Source: Leucoraja erinacea (Eukaryota). From it: a DNA stretch of 64,000 nucleotides. How positions within the stretch are numbered: position 1 is the stretch's first letter; each line of letters begins with the position of its first letter. The position numbers and the translations under genes were made by a program. The stretch lies in the NCBI RefSeq assembly GCF_028641065.1, contig NC_073411.1, positions 10,788,001 to 10,852,000 of the forward strand, in the 5' to 3' direction. This document shows positions 50,001-59,000 of this stretch, piece by piece. The notes beneath the pieces were generated by a model. That model searched no databases, was not told where the DNA came from, and saw only the letters and a program-made list of their open reading frames with translations.

Positions 50001-53000
50001 AAATTATCCCTAGTGCGTGTAGCGTAGCATCGAAACATAGAAAATAGGTGCAGGAGTAGGCCATTCGGCCCTTCGAGCCTGCACCGCCATTCAATATAAT
50101 CATGGCTGATCATCCAACTCGGTATCCCATCCCTCCCTGCCTTCTCTCCATACCCCCTGATCCCTTTTTCCACAAGGGCCACATCTAACTCCCTCTTAAA
50201 TATAGCCAATGAACTGTGGCCTCAACTGCCTTCTGTGGCAGAGTATTCCACAGATTCACCACTCTCTGTGTGAAAAATGAGTGGTGAATCTGTGGAATTC
50301 TCTGCCACAGAAGGTTAGTGTGTGGGGATCGCTGGTCGGCGTGGACTCGGTGGGCCGAAGGGCCTGTTTCCGCGCTGTATCTCTAAACTAAAGATTGCCA
50401 AAACAGTGGTGCACCACCAATTCCTTGGTCTCCCTGTAAAGATAAAGGATCTTCTTCACCTTTAAACTGATGGTTGCACTGAATGGAAGGGGTTTGACCT
50501 TCCGTGTGTTCAACAGTGTTCTCTCTACCCTTCTGTTCCAGTTTGCTGGATAGGATCCCATTGCTGTTTGCAGACACTCCTGAAGCGGATGTTCTGTTTG
50601 GCCCTGCAATCCAGGCTGGGCTGGAAGCTCTGAAGGTAACAAGATGGCAGCTTTGAATTTGAACTTTGAACTTTAGGCAAGTCAGCATGGCAGTACGGTG
50701 GCACAGCGGTAGAGTTGCTGCTTTACAATCCCAGAGGCCTGGGTTCGATCCTGACCATAGGTGCTGTCTGTACAGAGATTGTATTTTCTCCCCTGCGCGG
50801 TTTCCTCCCACACTCCAAAGACATACAGGTTTGTAGGTTAATTGGCTTGGTATCATTGTAAATTGTTCTCAGTGCGTGTAGAGGGATATCCTGGTTGGCA
50901 CTGACATGGTGGGTCGAAGGGCCTGTTTCCGCGCTGTATCTCGAAACTAAACTAAGTAGGTTTCGCCCAATTAGTTCATGATAGCCCCAACATTGCACAA
51001 AGCAGTTTGCAGTACAATCAGATATTGCATGAGAGTCATTGATGCATTAATTGATAGTTGAGGTCTCCCAATGTCCTGGCCGACTCACCTTGGGTTTCCA
51101 CACTTCTCCACCCACCGCAACCAATATTTCTTGTATTGGATCCTGTACTGGGAACTGACCCATGAGCAGTTCAACGTGAGTCTATGTGTGGCCATTACTT
51201 GAGACTTGACAGTTTGACGAGCTTGTGATAAAAGTCTAAAGTAATGGTCTAACGGGGCAGTTCCTTGCACACCAGCATCACAAACAGTGGATTAATTAGC
51301 TCTCCATGGGAATCACAGTATGAAAATTATCTCCCTGTAAATTGTAATGGTTTTCTTCAGAGGGACAATAGCCCCACTTTGACCCCTCGTGAGTTGGCCT
51401 TAGTCTGCCCGAGACAAAGAGCAGAGATGAAAAACCACTCAGTCCGAGACAAAAGAATTGAAGAGTTCCAAATTGTGAAGCTGGAGGAAGGAATGTAAGT
51501 GGAAGCGGAGGGGAGAAATTGGTGTGAGTCCAGGTGGGGTACAGGGAGAGGGGGTATGTAATACGGGGGGAGGGAGAGGGGAAAGGTTATGTAGTTACCA
51601 ACAATTGGAGAATTCAATGTTCACACCGTTAGGTTGTAAGTTAGCCAAGTTAGACTGTGAGGGAGATCAGATGGTTGATAACTAAGGGGGGGATAAGTTG
51701 AGACGGGGCAATATAAGCTGCAAATCAGAGGGTGAAAACTTTTTTCAGTCACATTTGCAGTGGGAGGAGGCATTAAGAAGAACAAAAGCCTGTGGGGAGT
51801 TTGTGGGAAGCATGGAGTTAAATGCAATGAATTACACAGTGAGTGCCAAGATGATGTGCCGTTGTGTATGGCTGCTCCGCCTGCAGTCCGTCCTTTCACC
51901 CTCTTTTATTTTTATTTTTAATCCTGTCATCCATTTTAAGATAAAAAGCAAAGCCTTTTTTGGAGATTAAGAGAAAGGGAGTTATATAACAGTTTTTTCA
52001 TTAAAAAAAAATCTTACCAGCATAAAACTCTGTAAAAATATTGGTGCATCCTGTCACTACAAAATGTTTGTTGGAGGTCTTCTTTTATGTGGTGGGTGGG
52101 GGGGAGGGGGGGGGGGAAGGGGGAAACTATTTTAACACCAGTCCTACCTGGTCGGAGATGCGGTTTTCCTCCGAACCGCATCTTCGTCCTCTCTGTGCGG
52201 CCTACCATCGAGCTGGAGCAGCGCTGGAGCGGCGTTTCCTGCCGGGACTACAGCTTCGCCGGCGGTGTAGATGCTGGGACACCAACATGGAGCGGGCGAT
52301 GCCTTACCGGGTCGCCTTGCGGTAAGCTCCGGGGCACTGTGACCGCCGACTGCGACATCGTTGAGCTGCGGCTGCAGAGCGTCCAGCCGCGGGCGGGCGG
52401 CACTGGATTTACAACACCGCGGGGCCTGGGATCCGAGATCGCCAGGGTCGGAGGTCCGGCCAGCGCGGCCTGAGAACTTTGGACATTGCAGTCTTCGGGG
52501 AGGAAGCGGCCGCTTCAGTCCAGGCCGCTGAAGAATGTTCACCCGACGCCGATGATCCAGCTTCGCGGCAGAGGGCCTGAAAACACCGGGTTGGCTGAGG
52601 AGGCCACATATAGACCCCGACCTCGGGTGGACTATGAGGAGGAGAACTGGATATTTTTAGTGCCTTCCCTCACAGTGAATTCTGCTGTGGGGGGGGACGT
52701 TTCTTGTTGATTTCTATAGTGTACTGTTCTGTGTCTTTTTTCTTTTTCCTATTTTATTTTATATGGATTTATTGACATTTAATCTATTCAATTAGTTTAA
52801 TCAATCTCTGTAAAGCACTTTGGTTCAAAGTGATTTTGTTTGAAAGTGCTATATAAATAAATAGTACTTACTTCTAAACCCTGGCACCATTTGTTTTTGG
52901 AAGAACGCAATGATCATTGTTCTCACCTTTCTTTTCAACTCCATCAGGCTGCTGAATGCTTTGGCAAACTCTTCATATTCCACAGCTCCCTGCCCACCGT

Positions 53001-56000
53001 GGCTGTACAGGGAACCCTGAGGAATCGCATCACTGGCAAGGAGCAGGTATGGAATGGGAAATGGCGCTGAAACATGGTGCCGCCCGCATATGTTAATGTG
53101 CAAAAAGAATTTTACTTTGCAGTTTAATATTCCGTTTTATTTTAGAGAAACTGTGTGGAGACTGGCCCTTCGGCCCCACCGAGTCCGTGCTGGCCAGCAG
53201 ATCGCACGGTAACACTATCCTGCACGCTAGTGACAATTTACAATTTTACCAAAACCAAATGTCTTTGGAGTGTGGGAGGAAACTGGAGATCCACAGAAAC
53301 TGGCTCCGCAGCCCAATTTGCCCCATCTATGCGAGTAGCACATGCCTGCATTTGGCCCATTTCTCTCTAAACGTTCTCTATCCACCAACCTGGAAAAATC
53401 TATTAAACGTTGTTACTGGACCTGCCTCGGCTACGACATTTGGCGGATCGTTCCATATCCGCACCACCCTCTGTGTGTGTCATTCGCGTCCCTATTAAAT
53501 CTTTCCCCACCCTCTGGTTCTTGATTCCCCCTGCTCTGGGTGAAATATTCTGTACATTCATCCCATCTATTCCCCTCGTGATTTAAAACGCTCCCCTCAC
53601 GATTTGATACAACTTATTTTAGTTTGAAATTATTTCATGCATTTCTGTACTTTGCAAAGTAAAACATTGGGTAACAAGAAAACTGTTGAATATTAACATT
53701 CCATTAGCAATTTCTAAACCATACACAGCAAACGGTGTGTTTTTAATTTATTTCCCAGCATGTCCTTCATCCTCTTGACCTACAAACAAGCCATGTTACT
53801 TTGTTACAGGAGGCCAGAGGCTGCACTAAAGTAATGAGGGGTCATGTGGGCGGCACAGTGGCGCAGGGGTAGAGTTGCTGCCCTACAGCGCCAGAGACCC
53901 GGGTTCGTTCCTGACCACGGGTGCTGCCTGTACGGAGTTTGCACGTTCTCCCCCTGACATACATGAGTTTTCTCCGGGTGCTCCAGTTTCCTCCCACACT
54001 CCAAAGACGTACAGGTTTGTAGGCTAGTTGGCATGGTATCAATGTAAAATTGTCCTTGGTGTGTATAGGATACTGTTAGTGTGCGGGGATCACTGGTCAG
54101 CACGGGCTAGGATAGTCGAAGGGCCCATTGCCATGCTGTGTCTCTAAACTAATTCGCACTGCAGTTTCCTCTAGCTGGCTTGGCTGAGACAGGGGCTTGG
54201 GAGTGTGTTGTTGCCTGCATGAAGTGTTTGAAAGAATCAGAGCAGAGATTGAGCCTGCCTGCCGTGTCAGTCCTTGTTCCAGCCTCAGAGCAACTACTAT
54301 CAGATACTGGCCAAGCAGTGCGTGCAGCAAGGCTGCTGTGTGGACCTCTTCCTCTTCTCCGACCAGCACGTGGACATGTCCTCCCTGCTTCTGGTGACCT
54401 TCAAGACCGGAGGAAACCTCTACAACTACAGCAACTTCAAGGTTACACCTTTCTTAATCAGACAGCTTCTTCCACTCGATCTAAGTCTATTCTGGGTCTG
54501 TAGCTAGAACTCGTTTGATGTGCTTGGCAGGCTCAGGAAGATGCGGAGAAGTTCCAGGGAGACATCCAGAGGAACGTGGAGAAGGTGCTGGGGTTCAAGG
54601 CTGCCATGAACGTTCACACAAGGAAAGGTACCTTTCTTGGTCTTCTGAATATTTGTTGTGTCGATGTAACGCTTTCCAGGTGAACTTCCACAATATCTTC
54701 TCTGATTCCTTGCATAAAACCCAAAGCTATAGAACCCATTTTCTTCTTTGCTTTTCCTTCTTTGACCAGTTATCAGACACATCCAGGAACTACCATAACT
54801 CGACTCACTCGGTACTTGTTAACACATGACCCGGCAGTAGAGTTGTTGCCTCACAGCGCCAGAGACCCGGGTTTGATCCCGACTACGGGCGCTGTCTGTA
54901 CGGAGTTTGTACGTTCTCCCTGTGACCACGTTGGTTTTCTCCGAGATCTTCGGTTTCCCCGCACACTCCAAAGACGTACAGGTTGGTCGGTAAATTGGCT
55001 TGGTAAATGTAAAAATTGTCCCTAGTGGGCGTAGGATAGTGTTAATGTGTGGGGATCGCTGGTCGGCACGGACCCGGTGGGCCGAAGGGCCTGTTTCCCT
55101 GCTGTATCTCTAAACTAAACAAGAGACAGAGGTGATTTGAATCTTGACACATAGGACTGCAGATGCGGAGTTATAAAAAATGATACAATATAAAGATACA
55201 ACCTGACCTGCTGAGTTCCTCCAGCACCTTGTACACTGATTTGAATGTTGTTTTGTTCTGGGACCAGGTATCAGAGCGACCAAGTATTATGGCTCATTTC
55301 ACATGAACTCGAGTGAGATGGAACTGGCTGCTATTGACAGCGACAAGACTCTTGTGGTGGAGTTCAAACATTATGGGAGACTGCAGGAGGAGGATGGTGT
55401 GCCTATACAGGTAAATCCTCTCAACATGGACACAAAATGCTGGAGTCACTCAGTGGGACATAGAAACATAGGTAGGCCATACGGCCCTTCGAGCCAGCAC
55501 CGCCTTTCAATATGATCATGGCTGATCATCTAAAATCAGTACCCCGTTCCTGCTTTTTCCCCCCCATATTCCTTTGATTCCTTTAGCCCTAAGAACTAAA
55601 TCTAACTCTCTCTTGAAAACATCCAGTGAATTGGCCTCCACTGCCTTCTGTGGCAGAGAATTCCACAGATTCACAACTCTGTGGGTGGAAAAGTGTTTCC
55701 TCATCTCAGTCCTAAATGATCCACCACTTATTTTTAAACTGTGACCCCTGACTCTGGACTCCCCCATCATTGGGAACATTTTTCCTGCATCTAGCCTGTC
55801 CAATCCTTTAAGAATTTTATATATTTCTATAAGATATCCTCTCATCCTTCTAAATTCCAGAGAATACAAGCCCAGACGACCTATTCTTTCATCATATGTC
55901 AGTCCCACCCTCATGGGAATTAACCTGGTGAACCTACGCTGTACTCCCTCAATAGCAATAATGTCCTTCCTCAAATTTGGAGACCAAAATTGGACAGGTG

Positions 56001-59000
56001 CGGTCTCACCTGGGCCCTGTACAACAAAACCTGGGTGTACTTGCTCCTAAACTCAAATCCTCTTGTAATAAAGGCAAACATGCCACTAGCTTTCTTCACT
56101 GCCTGGTTTACCTGCATGGTTACTTTCAGTGACTGATGTACAAGCACACCCAGGTCTCATTACACCTCCCCTTTTCCTTATCTGACACCATTCAGATAAT
56201 AATCTGCCTTCCTGTTCTTGCCACCAAAGTGGATAACCTCACATTTATCCACATTATACTGCATCTGCCATGCATCTGCCCACTCACCCAACCTACCCAA
56301 GTCACCCTGCAGCCTCATAGAATCCTCATCGCACCTCACACTGCCACCCAGTTTTGTGTTATCTGCAAACTTGGAGATCTTACATTTAATACCCTCGTCT
56401 AAATCGTCAATAGGCAGGCAGCATCTCTGGATAGAAGGAATGGGTGACGTTTCGGGTCGAGACCCTTCTCAGCCTGAAGAAACGTCACCCATTCCTTCTC
56501 TCCAGAGATGCTGCCTATACTGCAGAGTTACTCCAGCTTTTTGAGCCTATCTTTGGTTGAAACCAGCATGTGCAGTTCCTTCCTACACTGTGCTGTTCTA
56601 TGTTGGGTTCTATGTTCACACCCAGAGCTGACTATCCTTGTCGCTTGCTCCTAGTTTGTGCTCCTGTACACAACAGTCCATGGTCAACGCAGGCTCAGGA
56701 TCCACAACGTTGCTCTCAACTGCTCCAACCAGCTGACTGACACCTTCAGGACATCACAGGCTGAAACCCTGTTGAACTACTTTGCCAAGTCAGGTGAGTA
56801 TATCAGCAGATTGGTCACACACAGCAGCGGACCAAGCTAGTTCCATATCCAGGATGTGATCACTCTGCAGAGGGTTAACATATGATGGGTGTTAGATGGC
56901 ACTGGGCCTGCACTCGCTGGAGTTTGGAAGGATGAGGGGGGACCCCTTGGCGCATGTGACAATAACCTGAACAAACCTGAGGGCAACTGAAGGATCCATC
57001 TCTCGAGCTTGCTACCATTCAATAAAATCAGGGCTGATGCCATGGTCTCCATGCTCCTGAATAGACCCACCAGCTTTCCAACCTCCTCTGTCCAACGCCC
57101 AAATATCTATCCATCTCGGCAATGGATATCTACAATAGACACTAGACAATAGGTGCAGGAGTAGGCCATTCAGCCCTCCGACCAAGCACCACCATTCACT
57201 GTGATCATGGCTGATCATCCACAATCAGTACCCCGTTCCTGCCTTTTCCCCATATCCCCTGACTCTGCTATTTTTAAGAGCCCTATCTAACTCTCTCTTG
57301 AAAGCATCCAGAGAATTGGCCTCCACTACCTTACGAGGCAAAGAATTCCACAAACTTTCTTTGGGTGAAAAAGTTTTTCGTCACCTCCGTTCTAACTGGC
57401 CTACCCCTTATTCTTAAAGTGTGGTCCCCTGGTTCTGGGCTTCCGCAACAATGGGAACATGTTTCCTGCCTCTAGCGTGTCCAATCCCTTAATAATCTTA
57501 TATGCTTCAATAAGATATCCTCTCATCCTTCTAAATTCCAGAGTGTACAAGCCCAGTTGCTCCATTCTATCAACATATGACAGTCCCGCCATCCTGGGAA
57601 TTAACCTGGTGAACCTACGCTGCACTCCCTCAATAGCAGGAATGTCCTTATTCCTCAATTACTTTACAATGATGTCGTTGAAGGAGTGCTTGATTGTACA
57701 AGGCCAGAGGGAATACTTCTCCACGGGGCTGGCAATTTTCCCAGTGACTGTGATACTGACTCAGTGTGTGTCTCTGTCTTGTCCAGCTTACCACAGGGTG
57801 CTTAGTCATTCCAGCAAGACAGTGCGGGACGAACTGGTGAACCAGGTGACCCGGATGTTGGCCCCTGCTACCGAAAGCACTGTGCCCAAGCTTCAGCCCA
57901 CGGAGGCCAGGTGAGACCAGGGTGGACAAGAGGTAGTGCGGGATCAACTGGGTTTCTCTCCACTGCCACGGATGGTGATGGATGGACCAGTGTTTGGGAT
58001 CCAAGAACATTGCAGTTGAAGTAATTGGTTCATCACATAGAAACATAGAAAATAGGTGCAGGAGGAGGCCATTCGGCCCTTCGAGCCAGCACCGCCATTC
58101 ATTGTGATCATGGCTGATCGTCCCCTATCGATAACCCGTGCCTGCCTTCTCCCCATATCCCTTGACTCCATTAGCCCCTAGAGCCCTATCTAACTCTCTC
58201 TTAAATCCATCCAGTGACTTGGCCTCCACTGCCCTCTGTGGCAGGGAATTCCATAAATTCACAACTCTCTGGGGCCAAGTTTTTCTCACCTCAGTCTTAA
58301 ATGACCCCCCCTTTATTCTAAGACTGTGTGGCCCCTGGTTCTGGACTCGCTCAACATTTGGGAACATTTTTCCTGCATCCAGCTTGTCCAGTCCTTTTAT
58401 AATTTTATATATTTCTATAAGATTCCCCCTCATCCTTCTAAACTCCAGTGAATACAAGCCTAGTCTTTTCAATCTTTCCTCATATGACAGTCCCGCCTGC
58501 CATATTACATCACAGGTCATTAATCACAAGGTTGTAAATTATAGGAGAAGAATTAGGCCATTCGACCCATCAAGTCTACTGCCCCATTCAATCATGGCTG
58601 ATCTATCTCTCCCTCCTAACCCCATTCGCCTTCTCCCCATTACCCCCGATTCACGTACTAATCAAGAATCTATCTATCTCTGCCTGAAAAATATCCATTG
58701 ACTTGGCCTCCACAGCCATCTACGGCACAGAATTCCACTGATTCACCACCACCATCACTACAGAATCCACTGTCTGCATTGTGTGCAGCTAATAGGGCAG
58801 CTGCCAGATAACTCCAACATCGCAGGTTCAATCCTGACCACCAGTGCTGTCTGTGTGGAGTTTATTTTAGTTTAGAGATACAGTGCGGAAACAGGCCCTT
58901 CGTTCCACTGACCAACGATCCCTGCACATTAACACTACCCTACACACACACACACAAGGGCCATTTACATTTTTTACCTAACCAATTAACCTACAACCCT

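Noticed and set aside
52014-52710. Cluster of GC-rich ORFs or possible CpG-island promoter
   Set aside because: It lies within an interspersed repeat with a LINE-like tail; no splice structure or recognisable domain.
53846-53920. tRNA-like sequences (also ~2548, 37651, 49805, 50688)
   Set aside because: They are heads of tRNA-derived SINEs that continue into a SINE body and tail; not tRNA genes.
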